Assembly (NCBI GenBank): GCA_965112735.1 | Contig: OZ218950.1 | Span: 1,612,001-1,676,000, forward strand | Origin: Phaeosaccion multiseriatum | Taxonomy: Eukaryota; Protista; Ochrophyta, other classes | Length of the DNA: 64,000 nt | Reading direction: 5' to 3' | Part shown: piece by piece, positions 24,884-37,338 of the stretch | Layout of the letters: the number at the start of each line of letters is the position of its first letter | Numbering within the stretch: the first letter of the stretch is position 1 | Position numbers and translations under genes: made by a program | Notes under the pieces: model-generated | Seen by the model: only the letters and a program-made list of their open reading frames with translations | Told to the model about the DNA's origin: nothing | Databases searched by the model: none

Positions 24884-26951
24884 ATGTCAACGTCTCCAGC
24901 TGCCCCTCCTGCAGCCAAGGCGGATGATCCTCCCCCCGTGCCCACCCTGCCCGTCCTGGCAGGGAAAGAGAGTGAAGAAAATGCGCTTCGCGCGACGGCT
25001 AAGTCACTCGGCATGCAGCTCGAGTCTTACAAGAAAGACGCGGCGGGAATCATCCTTGCAAAGATTAGGGTCGGAGCAGGAGGAGCAGTGGAGGGAGAGG
25101 CGGCTTCGTCGTTACCCTCCTCCTCCCCTGTAAACCCCCCCTCCGCCGCCACTGTCATCGGCTCCTCATCGTCGTCGTCATCCCTAGGAGGGCATGTCTT
25201 TTACCTGCACAAAAAGGGAGGAGATGTAAAGCGCGGGAACTATTCAATCTCAACCGACGAGGACTTCTTACTCAACAAGCTCTTTGTGGAGAATCTGAGC
25301 GAGATTCTGGAGGGGGCCACGAGCGAGGCTGTGCTCCTCAAAGCCGCCAGGGAGGTGTACTGGTGCATTGTCAATGAGGACGAGGACCAGGATGGGGAAG
25401 ACGATGACGCCGAGTGGGACGGGGAAGAGTACGTGTACGACGATGGAGAAGGCGGTATGATGGGCGAGGCTGTTGGTGCGAGCGGGTCTGGGAGCGGGGA
25501 GGGCGGGGAGGGCGATGCTACCATGGATCACTTCCATGTGGAGAAGGAGGCGACCTGCATCAAAGCGGTGGCCAAAGCGTGTGCAGCAGGGACGGCCAAT
25601 CAGCGCCTTATGCGGGATTTAGGGAGGCTCATGCGGACAGACACACAGAAGATGGGATTTTCCCTGGAGCCCAAGAACGAGGACTGCATGAACATTTGGA
25701 AGGTATTTACTTCTGTATCGCATATTATATGGAATGCTGTGTGCCCTCCCTGACCCACTGAACTGACTCACTCACTGACTCCTCATTCATTCACTCCCAC
25801 ACTGACTCCCTCCCTCCCCCACTGATTCACTCACTCACTCACTCACACACTGACTGCCTCTGCCTCACTCACTCCTCACTCACTCCCTCCCTCTATCTCT
25901 CTCATCCCTTCCCTCCCTCCCTCCCTCCCTCCCTCCCTCACTGTCTCCAAATCTGCACCCTCCCTCTCCCCCTCAATCTCCCACACGCTCCAAAGGTCAA
26001 CCTCTTCGGCTTTGGCGACTGTGCCCTCGCCAAGGACCTTGAGAAGCTCAAAAAGGACAAGGGGCAGGACTTTGTTGAGCTTGAGATGACGTACAAAGCA
26101 GACTACCCTTACTCTCCTCCATTCGTGAGAATCGTGTCACCCCGTATCGCCCCCAAGACAGGATATGTCATCGATGGTGCGCTGTGTATGGAACTGTTGA
26201 CGAAGCAAGGATGGGTAAGTGAGTGATTCATTCGCCTGTCTCTCTCGCTGTCGTCTTTATGGCGGACTCTAGTCTATGTGTGTGACTGAGTGCAGAAGCT
26301 TTGGAAGTCGACCATCGACCATCGAAAGGCTAACACCTCACCCCCGACACCTCTCACACCTCGCACCCTACACTTCACACCCTACACTTCACACCCTGAC
26401 ACCTGACAACTCACGCTTCGCACCTGACACCCGACACCTCACACCCGATACCTCACGCCTCACACACTACACTTCACACCCCATACCTCTTACACCTCAG
26501 GCCTCTCACACCTCACACCCTGACGCCCCACACCCCACACCTGACATCCCATACTTCACACCTCATGCATCTCACGCCTCACACCTGACATCCCATACTT
26601 CACACCTCATGCATCTCACGCCTCACACCTGGCATCCCATACTTCACGCCTGACACCTCACGCCTCATACCCTACACTTCACTCCCCACCCACATCCTGA
26701 CGCCCCATACCCAACACCTCACACTCGACACCGCTCACACCCACCACCCTGCCCACGTCACATCCCGACACCCGATACCTCCCACCTTCCAGACCCCCAC
26801 CAACGACATTGAGAGTGTTATGGTCCAGCTTCGTGCTCAGCTCATCATCGGGCAAGCACGGATTGATTTCTCCACCACCGAACCCTACCGGGAAGCCAGC
26901 TCGGTTTCCGCTTTCAAGCGGGCGGCCGCGTTTCACAAATGGGAAATCTGA
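24884..26951 (+). CDS. UBE2Q: Ubiquitin-conjugating enzyme E2, UBE2Q-like
   Basis: Exons 24884-25702, 25996-26214, about 26793-26951: ANQRLMRDL, WK/VNLFGF, YPYSPPFVRIVSP, GYVIDGALCMELLTKQGW (catalytic Cys), IESVMVQLR, FHKW. Confidence 0.9.
26330..26790. repeat. Degenerate CACCTCA/CACACC-type satellite in UBE2Q intron 2
   Basis: Recurrent cacctcacac, cacctgaca, catacttcac units. Confidence 0.85.
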
Positions 26952-27048
26952 TGACCAACTCCTCTTGTACCACTGGCCCCGGACTTGACAAAGCAGCCCG
27001 ACGCCGCCCACCCCCTTGTTTGAATATCCTATCCGTCTCTCTCCCCCC

Positions 27049-27090
<42 letters not shown>

Positions 27091-27682
27091 CTTCTGTCTT
27101 TCTCATCTCACTCTCGCTCTTTTCTTTCTGTTGCTCTTTGACATGACATTGTATATAGTCCATCAGTCAGTCAGTCAGTCCCCCCCCACCCTTCTTTCAT
27201 CTTTGGCTATCTCACCAAATGGAACACAATGTCTATATACACATGCGCAGTAGAGAGAAGCCATTAGAAAATACACCACTTCCTATAATAGAGACTCTCT
27301 TCACGAAAAAACAACCTGTGAAATATCACATAAGATTACGAGATAATTATTATCCTACACCTATCGTACCTAAACCTCTTTCCAACTGTCGACTAGCAGA
27401 GCACCAAGTCCCCATGTGCTGCGGTGCCACAATAGCACGTCCTTGTGATGTGGTGTGCATGAAAGAAAAGAAGGGAAGGCCCTCTCTGCTCTCTCCTTCT
27501 CTCTCTCTCTTTCTATTCTGCGCATACGAATTGATTGCATCAAATCGGAACACCACATCACTCCGCATCCTATCGAATGTTACAGCGCCATCCTAGCATC
27601 ATATGGTAGTCTGTCTGTCTGTCAGTCTCGACCCACCTCACACAACTTTACTTCATACTTAGCGCTCAGAGCTCAGCATAGT

Positions 27683-29574
27683 TCAAAGCTCCTCTCCGTA
27701 GTCGGCGCCTGCCCCCCCATCCAGCCCCTCGAGCAGCGATGCGTATTGGGGATCCTTCATCATCTCCTCCATGAAAGCCTCCAGGCCCTCGGGGTCCTCC
27801 ATTAGCTTCAGGAACTCCGGGTCTGGGTGGGTGGGTAGGGGGAGAGGGGAGGGGAGGGGGGGCGAGGGGAATACGCTTTAGGTTAGGTAAGGAAGGTGTG
27901 CTTTAAGAGGTTGGTTCTGAAAGGAGCGAGAGACTGGTGACGCTGCTGACACTGATAAATTACGCTCCTTCACTCCCTCACTCAATCACTCGCGCACTCC
28001 CTCCCTCACTCCCTCCCTTACTTATTTACTCATTCACTCCCTCACTCACTCACTCACTCACTCACTCACTCACTCACCCTCCATCATGGCGGTCAAAAAG
28101 TCCATGTCATCCCCTCCCATGCCGCCTCCTGCGCCCAGCCCCCCCATCGCTCCAATCCCCTGTGCCATCATTCCAAAGGTCTCTGACAGCATTGAGGAGG
28201 GGTCCTCTGCGTACTTCTCCACGACTGCCTTGGTGTCAGGATGCATGTCACCATTCTCCTTGATGAGGTCACGGAGAATCTCTTTCATTGCGGCGGGGTT
28301 CTGCGAGAGAAAGCAAAAGGTGAGTGAGTGAGTGAGTGAGTGAGGGAGGGAGGGAGGGAGAGAGTGGGTGCGTGCGTGCGTGCGTGAAGGAGGAAGGAGT
28401 GGGTGAGTAGATGAGGGAGGGAGGGAGGAAGGGAGTGAATGGGTGCGTGTACGTGTGTACGTGTGCGTTGTGTGTGTACGTGTGTGTGTATATATACATA
28501 TGTGTGTGTGTGCGTGTGTGTGTCCGTTTGTGTGAGAGAGCGTGTGTGTATGCATGTGTGTGTGCCAGTGTGTGGTGAGGGAAAGCGAGCAGAGCCATTG
28601 GTCCCTACTACCGTGCTTTCATGAACAAAAAGTAAGTACATACCTTGAGGCCTTCCCTGAACTTGGTCATGTAGGCCACCCAGTTGTCAATGGTGTCGTC
28701 CATCTTCGTCTTATAGTTGGCGGGGTCTTCGATTGCGTTCTGTGCACGAGGGACGGGAGACGGGGGTGAGAGGGGAGAGGGGAGAGGGAGAGAGAGAAGG
28801 GAGAGAGAGAGGGGGGGGGGGGGGAGAGGGAGAGGGTGAGAGAGAGAGACAGGGAGAGAGGCGCAGAGCGAGACGGAGAGAAAGGCCGCGCGTGAAAAAG
28901 AAGGGACTCTTACACAGTAATGGAATGACCAACCAAAGATAGTCTGCGTCTCTTGACCTAGACCTACCTCGAAGGCCGACAGGTCCAGCGCCCCTCTCAG
29001 CTCCGGGGGGATGCTGTTGACAAGCTCCTTCAGCTGCTCCGGGTCCTCAAACATCTTCCTCGATTCGGGGTCCTGGAGCGAAGTCATGATGGTCTCCAGG
29101 ATGTTATCCACTATCTCGGCCATCTCCTCTTCACTCATGCTGCTCACTGCCTGGAGCATCTCCATTATTTGCTGCTCGTCCAGCATGCCTGCTCCGAAAG
29201 GCCCTCCTGCTCCTCCCTCCTCTAGGTCGCCTGACAAAGCAGGAGGAAACACCATGACGAGAAGAGGGAGGTGGAACGAGGGAGGTCGGTCGGGGTGGGC
29301 GGGGGTGGTGGAGAGAGCTTGAATGAGACATAGTACAGTAAGGAGCTGCACAGCACTTGACTCAGCACCACTCCGAACCCTTACCCAGTGTCGCCTGCTT
29401 CAGGAGCGAGTCGAAAGAGCTCCCCTCCATTTCTAAGGATGCAGCTGCTGCCGCCTCCGCAGCTGCAGCGTCCTCCTTCTGTTTCTTCTTTTGCGTCCAT
29501 AGGTTCCCCTGCGCGGCCCCTACCAGCACTCCTAACAGCAGGGTGAGAAGCACCCCCAAGTTTAGGAGATTCAT
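27683..29574 (-). CDS. Signal-peptide protein with STI1/DP-like helical repeats and C-terminal GEEL (putative ER-luminal)
   Basis: MNLLNLGVLLTLLLGVLVGAAQG signal peptide; Met-rich DP/NP motifs (LQDPESRKMFEDPEQLK, NPAAMKE, DPEFLKLMEDPEGLEAFMEEMMKDPQY); ends YGEEL*; 5 GT-AG exons. Confidence 0.75.
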
Positions 29575-29982
29575 GGCGCTACCGCGGCTACCGCTGCTGC
29601 TGCTGCTGCTGCTGCTGCTTCTTCTCCTCACAACACGCCGACGTCTGCAGTCTCTTCCAGTCAGTGCTCGGCCCCTTGCTTCTGCAGATCTCCGCGCTTC
29701 TTGCTGTGATGGATTGTCTGTGACCGGAAGGATGGGCGGAGGGGAGGTGTTTGCGGTTCAAAAGAAATTAGACCGAAGATTTCGCACGAGACGGCCGAAA
29801 GTGCAAGCAGGGACTCACCTAAGCCCAGTCGCACCTTATCGACGTGAGAAGAGTACAGTTGTAAATGATCTTGTGGCTCCTAATTGCCTGCCTCGTGCCT
29901 CGTGTCGGGGACAGATGGCAGCGTAAGATGAAGCCGGAACCTGAAACTGAAACGGAAACTTTTCCAGCGCCCCCCTTTCGTC

Positions 29983-30271
29983 GACACGCTATCCGCTATC
30001 CGCTATCGCCGGCGCCAGCCGGTGCGCTATCCGCTATCGCCGGCGCCAGCCGGCGCGCTATCCGCCATCGCCGGCGCCAGCCGGCGCGCTATCCGCCGGC
30101 GCCAGCCGGCACGCTATCCGCTATCGCCGGCGCCAGCCGGCTTTGGGGGGGGGGGGGGGTTGTGGGGGCGTGCTATCCGCTGTCGCCGGCGCCAGCCGGC
30201 GCGCTATCCGCTATCGGCCGGCGGCCGATAGCGCGATAGCGCGCTATCGAGAAAGTGGGCGATAGCGTGTC
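29983..30271. repeat. GC-rich 31-bp minisatellite (CGCTATCCGCTATCGCCGGCGCCAGCCGGCG, ~6 copies) bracketed by an 11-bp inverted repeat
   Basis: Unit read directly; GACACGCTATC at 29983-29993 and GATAGCGTGTC at 30261-30271; palindromic cluster at about 30207-30249. Confidence 0.9.
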
Positions 30272-30283
30272 AGGGGTCGACTT

Positions 30284-30434
30284 TCGGCCCCTGACAAGGT
30301 TCTGAGGCGAGCTGCCAGCCAGCCAGAACCTGGAACCTGGCCCGCTGGCGAGGCTTGGCAGAGCAGCCTTGGTCCTCATCATTGCCTTATTACATGGCTT
30401 TCCCGCCTCAGAACCTTGTCAGGCCGGGGGCCGA
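30284..30434. mobile_element. MITE-like element with perfect 20-bp inverted repeats
   Basis: CCTGACAAGGTTCTGAGGCG (30290-30309) and CGCCTCAGAACCTTGTCAGG (30404-30423), extendable outward to TCGGCCCC/GGGGCCGA; non-coding interior; no clear target-site duplication identified. Confidence 0.55.
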
Positions 30435-30770
30435 TTCCTGGACTTGCAGCCAGTTGCTTATCCAACCAGCTACAAGACATACGCATCAAGAAGTAATCTT
30501 ACTGACAAAAACCGTCATGATGTCATTTCCGGCAGCACCTCACTGGCGGGGGGGGGCGGGCTTCTTTTAGGCCGGCTGGCGCCGGTAGCCCGGAGTCGGA
30601 ACAAGGCTCTAACGTACCAATTGCTCACTCTCTGGCTGGAGCAAGGCTGCGCACATGCAATCTCATCTTCACTCACTCAGCAGTCACTAACGCACCCACG
30701 CGCTCACACACACACGCACACGCGCACTCACGTAGACACAGACACAGACACACACACGCACGCATGCACG

Positions 30771-30935
<165 letters not shown>

Positions 30936-31207
30936 TGGCAAACCCTCCCTTCCTCCCCCCCCCCGCACCCTCAAATAGACAACTCCCTCGGTTCGGCACA
31001 GGCTCAGGCTTTCCCCGAGGAGGGCAAGGCAAAGCAAGAGGCAGGGCAGGCACACGTCGGCAGTCGGCAGAAGCGTTTCCCCGAGGCAAGGCAAGATAAG
31101 GCAAGTAGGGCACGGCGAGGAAAGAAGAAAGTAGGAAGGCAGCAGAGGGAGGATTATTGAGTAGAGTCAGCGCAGTGAGAGGCTCACTTTGTCATCGCGG
31201 CGAGAAG

Positions 31208-33541
31208 ATGGATGCAACTGCTATTCTTGCCTCACATGTGAAGACGCGTGATTCCACGTCGTCGTACACATCACTGATGCGCTTGTCTGTTACCATCCGT
31301 TTTAACGAAACCGTAAAATTGAGGCGTAAAAGCTGTCGTAAAGTGGGGCGCGGCCCCAGCCCAGTGAAGCTAACCCGTGACCTTGGCCGTTCGTATGGGA
31401 GAAATTAGTTTTCTGGGCAGACAAGATGGTCCCCAAGTACGTCTGAGTGGCACTTCCCTCCCCACCTCCTGTTGGGCCCTTGTCCTTCGACACCTTGTGG
31501 AGATATTGTTGCCCTGTGGAGAGCACTGCCTGCTGAAGCTGCACGCCTCTCTTCACGGGACTGGCTTTTCGCGGAATCGTGGCCCATAGTCATGCAGGGG
31601 AAGCAGACGCCGCTTGAGACGGAAGAGCAGCCCTTTGCCCACAACAAGCCGATTCTCCTCGACGAAACTGTGCAGCAAGTTTGGTGCGTTGCCGAGAAGC
31701 CCGGCGACCAGCAGCGGCAGCAGAGTCGGCAAGGGCAGCAGCTGCAGGGGTGGGAAGGAATCCAAGTCGCCTCGTGGATCACTAATGCTCGCGATGGCAG
31801 CCATGAGAAGGGCGCCCAGTTCAACGTGTGCTCCGCCTTGCCCAGGCCCGGCCCGCAGTATCGTTCTGCTTTTGCAGGAGGCGGGGGGCCGATGCTGTCA
31901 GCACCGTCGCATCGCCACTCTAAACCAGCAGCAATCGTGAAACCCATAACTCCACCTTCTGGCGCTGGACACAACACGCACCACAAGCAGATGAGCCGCC
32001 GTGTGTCGGGGGGCATGGTCTTGGGTGCAAAGGCTCGTGGCTCGCCGGCAAAGGCGCAGAGCGATGATCTTCTGTTTGATGAGATTAATCGTGGCTTGAC
32101 TGCCGGTGCTACGGCCTCGAATACTTGTGGACCTGGCAGGGCTACTCGAGTGCAAGAGGACGCGGCCACAAGGCGCGGGTTGACCAAGACAACGTCCGAG
32201 TTCGCCCCCAGAAGCAAAAGCATGGGTCTTGAGCCCGACAAGCAGCGACGAAGGCACTCATCAGCATCCACATCATCATCGTCAGCCCCGGTAGGAGGCA
32301 ATCGCCTTGTGCGGAGTATCTTTCGCCGGATGCAACATCAACAACCTTCGAATACCACCGCCACCACCACCACCACCACCACTACCCACAGCAGCAGCCT
32401 CTGCGCGAAGTTATCGTCTCCACCTGGCACACCACCAACTGCCCCGGCCTCGTTGAGCTGTTCTCCCACCATTCCTGAGCGTCCTCTGGACCTGGGCCCG
32501 CCGAACAGTACTGGTGCTGGTGCTGATGTTGGTGCTTCTGCTTCTACACATACGAGTGCTCACGTGCACGGCCCAGGCGCACTGCGCAAACTGGCCGCCA
32601 TCGCAAGTCGACTGCTTCCTTCTGACGGGCGTCGCTCTACACGCGTTGGTAGTACTAATGTGTGGAGTGATGAGAGAGAGCACCGAATAGATCCGGGCGG
32701 CAGGTCGGCAGGAGCTATTGTTGTGGGTCAATTTGTCCGGCACCCCACGCTGGATTGGAGTGGGAGATATGCTAACGGGGGGCAGGACGACGACGATGAG
32801 GACGAGGAGAAGGAGGAAGAAGAGGAGGACGAGGAGGGGGGGGGGCATGAAGAGAGGGAGACGCAGCAGGAGCAGGAGGAAGAGGAGAAGAAGGAGGAGG
32901 AGCAAGTGGAGGAGGACGACAAGGACCAGGAGGGGTTGAAGGAGGAGGGGGTGTATAAAGAGAGGGAGGACGACGAGGAGAAGAAGGTTGCGAAGGACGA
33001 GGAGGAGCAGGAGCAGGAGGAGGAGGAGGAGCAAGCGGAGGAGGACGAGGAGGACGAGGAGGGGTTGAAGAAGGCGGGGATGTTTAAAGAGGGGGAGGAC
33101 GAGGAGAAGAAGGATGTGGAGGAGGAGGAGAAGGAGGAGGAGGAGGAGGAGGAGGAGGAGGAGGAGGAGGAGGAGGAGGAGGAGGAGGAGGAGGAGGAGG
33201 AGGAGGAGGAGGAGGAGGAGGAGGAGGAGGAGGAGGAGGAGGAGGAGGAGGAGGAGGAGGAGGAGGAGGAGGAGGAGGAGGAGGAAGAGGATACGCTAAC
33301 ACCAGGTTGCAAGACCCTGAGTGGTGGCTCCTCTTCCCCCTTGATCGGATTAAAGTTCCCAGCGGCGCGCCCCCCCCGCCGCCTGACCGAAGGCGAAGAA
33401 GGCGACCACTCACACTGGTGCTTCTTAGATCGGTCTGCTGGGGCCCAGTCTCGACCACGCCGACTCAGAAGTTTGACGAGGACTATAGCTAAAGCAGCAG
33501 AACGGAGTTCTCGGAGTGAGTCCCTCGGTGGTCTCACTTAG
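31208..33541 (+). CDS. Hypothetical low-complexity protein with long poly-Glu tract (5' end uncertain)
   Basis: 689-codon open frame 31472-33541 that extends upstream to an AG acceptor at 31420; candidate first exon from ATG 31208. No recognisable domain. Confidence 0.55.
33121..33290 (+). repeat. Coding (GAG)n, about 50 consecutive Glu codons
   Basis: Read directly. Confidence 0.95.
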
Positions 33542-34576
33542 GGTTAGTACTTGAGATGCGTAGTTTGTTCGCATGCATAGTGTGAGGGCTTGGTGTGTTT
33601 CGGCTGTGGCTGAGCAGTGTGAAGAATAGCGTCGTTGCTATGGTTGCACGATAGCGTTAGAGAAGAAGGGGGGAAGAGAGGGCCTAAGGGAGGAGGGGGG
33701 CACTGTGCCCCTCCCCCCCAAATGGCCGCCATATGCCTTACATAATTACTTGTATGTGATATGTAATTAATAGGGTAATAATTAGTAAGTCAGCACGTGC
33801 ATCTGCCGCTGCCCTGCCCTCCTCTGCCCTCCTCTGCTTTGCCTCTGCCCTGCTTCTCTCCTGTTCCGCAGCCGACACCTCGGCACAGTGCGAGAGAGGG
33901 GGGGGAGACAGAGAGCAAGACAGAGAGCAGGAGAGGGAGATGGAGAGAAGGAGAAAGGGACTGAGAGAGTCACCACCCACCACGGTGATGTGAACAGTCG
34001 CGAACACACACTCTAACGCACTCTCCGTGAGGCTTGACGGAGTGCTCCCCCTCCCCCTCCCCTCTCCTCTCCACCTCATCCGACTCTGGAGCATCCCACG
34101 GGAGACGCTCTCGTCGCTCTGACGGCCCCATTTCCCTCTGCGACAAGACTCTTGAACTGCACCCAAAAGGCGTGTCAAGCAACCCCAATGGCGGCAGCGG
34201 GGTAGTAACAGTTGGTGGTGCAGCACCAGAAGCACTAGCAGTCACCAGATTATTCTTGCAGGTGGAGCCCCGTGTGAAGGGTCTGCACAGTACCTCCTCG
34301 GCCGCCGGGCCATCCCCCTTCTCCATGCAGTGCATCGTGGCAACCAGCGACCCACAGGCGAGTCCTCTCCGACACTCCAGCGGTGCGTACCACTGACACC
34401 AACCAGCCCATCCATCCGTACCTCACATGCTTCATCATTCTTCTCTCTCCTTCCTGGGGAGGACATGATTCATCGCTTGAGGAAGAGAACCCGGTGTCCG
34501 AAGCCCGAAGCCCACAGCCCAACAACCACAGGCCAGAAGGAGAAGCTCTGCTGTTGCAAGCAAGGCCGGGAGGGGC

Positions 34577-34615
<39 letters not shown>

Positions 34616-35092
34616 CCCCTCTTCCACTCAAACAGAGCCTCTCTCGCACTCAAATAGAGCCCGTCTAGCACTCTCATAGCCTCAGGTCCTCCACTCCACT
34701 GCATGAAAGGTTCGAGGCCTTCGATACTCCGATGCTGAGAGACGAAGAGGAGACATCTGCCATGTGCGGCTTGGAGGCTTCCCTCCCTCCCTCCCTGAAA
34801 CGGCGCTCCTATGCCCTTCCTTCCCTCCCCCTCCTCGTGATGCTGCTGCACATGCAGCCACACTCTTCAGAGCATTCCCCGTTTCACCGGAAAGAATGAG
34901 AAGAGCTGTGGTACCTCTCGGCCGACACGGCGGATCCGAACCCCAGTCCACCCCCGCCCCCCCCTGTCCCTTCCCCATTTGCTTTAGACAACCCCATGTT
35001 TCGCCTCCCGTCCTGCTCACTTCCACACGGGACATCGTCGGGAATCGGGTGGTCATCATGGAACTAATGTGCCCACTCATCACACAACGTTA

Positions 35093-36224
35093 TCACCTTG
35101 CCCTTATGTCTCCCTGCTTTTGCTTTTGCTGGTGCTCCTTCTTTCCGAGCTTGACGCATTTGCGCAAAAGGTTCTTCATCTCTTCATTACTGTCATCGAG
35201 CTGAACCCCTTCCCAGGCGCTCATGGCTGCTTCCTCGTATCTACACCCGGAAGAGAAGAAAAAAAGGGGGAAGAGAGTGACAGAGAGAGAGGGAGGGGTA
35301 GATAGAAAGGGAGAGAGAGTTACCATCCCAGACTCATCAAAGCACCTCGCCTAACTTTTACCTCTAGCCATTCATTCGCCTCGCCTATCCTCCCCTCCCC
35401 TCCCTCTCTCCTCTCCTCCCTCCCCCTCCCCTCCCCTCCCCTGCCCTCCTCTCTCCTCCCTCCCCCTCCCCTCCCTCACCTGCCCAGGGCCAGCCTGGCA
35501 GCTGCCATCCTATAGCACGCCTTGACCCAGTCCGGCTTGAGCTGGCGACACACTTGCGCATCGGCGAGAGCGTCATGGGGCTGAGCGTGCATGCATGCGT
35601 GTATGTGTGTGTGTGTATGTGTTTGCATGCGTGTGTGTGTGTATGTGTTTGCATGCGCGCGTGTGTGTGTACGTGTGTGTTGGTGAGCGGCAGACACCAG
35701 GTAGTACAGATAGGTAGAATGAGAGAGAGAGCACCTATACACATACATACACACATTGCCCACACAGCCGCCCAAACAACCCCCCCCCCTCTCTCCTCCC
35801 CACCTTCTTCAGCCCCAGATAAGCGGCGCTTCTGTTGCTCCAAAGTGCGTGGTTGCTCCCGTCCTTCAGCAGGGCTTCACCGTACACGCGCACTGCCTCC
35901 TCGAGCTGTCCCGCCTGAAGGAAGGCGTTGCCCTGCCCCTTGAGACGCAAGGACTCTGTGCGTGTGCGCGTGTGCGTGTGTGTGCGTGTGGTTGGGCATG
36001 TGTGTGCAATGGAAGGAAATTCATTCGAAGGGAGGGGAGGGGAGGACGGAGGGCTCGACTGAGGGCTCGACTGAGGGCAGAGCAAACAAAACAAGACTCC
36101 ACAGCCGATCATTACTACAATACTACCACCACGACCACCACCACCAGCAGCAGCAGCAGCAGCGCCGATAATACAAGAGCCACACCGAAGCGAACCGAAG
36201 CGAGGCACTATTATCTCTCACGCA

Positions 36225-36277
<53 letters not shown>

Positions 36278-37280
36278 TCCGCGTCAGCCGGGCTCTTGGC
36301 CGCGTCTGTGCTCTCCAGTGCGTGCACATCTGACCCCGCCGTATCACCAACTGCTGATGCTCCTCCTCCTCCCATCGGCCCTTGCGCTGCACCCTTCCCC
36401 AGCGAAGGGTGCCGCTTCCGAGACTCAGCCGTTGCCTCCGTCACGCTCATCCCCTGCAAAGGACAAGTACGACCGCCCAAGTCGAGTGAGTGCGCACATT
36501 GCCTCCCTCCCTCCCTCCCTCCCTCCCTCCCTCCCCTTTTAGTCTTGGCCCTCACTCACCTCATACGGCGGAGAGTGGGGCAGCAAGAGCTCTACACACT
36601 CCGTCATGCCCTCTCCCACCGCCAAGTCAAACGGAAGTCTCTTCTCCGCGTCCTCCTTGGCCGCTAAGCCGGGCCCTTCCTCCCTCTTCAGTACTGCATC
36701 CACAGCCGTCGCCAACCCCACCTCAGCCATAACGTGGAGAGCCGTCAAGCCCCCCGGCAGCTCTGCCGTTAGATCTGCGCCGGCGTCGACAAGTGTCACA
36801 CAGACCCTGCCAGCGCCTGCTGTGAGTTGAGTGTTGAGGAGGGGAGGGAGGGAGGAGCGAGGGGAGGAGGAGGAGGAGGAGGAGCAGGAGGATAAGGAAA
36901 AGAAGTGAAGGGAAAGAGAGGATGAGGGAGTGGGGGGGGGAAGGAGCTCAGGGGTGACCGTACGTATTCAAATAGCACACTATATATATCCTCAAAATAA
37001 CCATCCCCGAGAGAGCGACACCAATGCCCACCCCTCCCCCCTACATCCATCAACTGCCATCCCCTCCTTCTTCACCTCGAGCTGCCGCCATCAGGATTGC
37101 AGTGGCGCCGTGCTTGCTCTTTGCATTGGGTGACGCCCCCAGCCTCAGCAGGTGCTCCACAATGCTTGCCCGCCCTTCTCCGGCGGCCCAGTGTAACGGT
37201 GTACCGGCGCCGCTCTGCAGCTCCAGGTTTGCTCCTGTGGTGACGACCCGAGCCACACAACGAGACAGGAGTAAGAAGCG

Positions 37281-37338
<58 letters not shown>

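Noticed and set aside
29983-30271. CRISPR array
   Set aside because: Repeats are contiguous with no unique spacers, there are no cas genes, and the context is eukaryotic.
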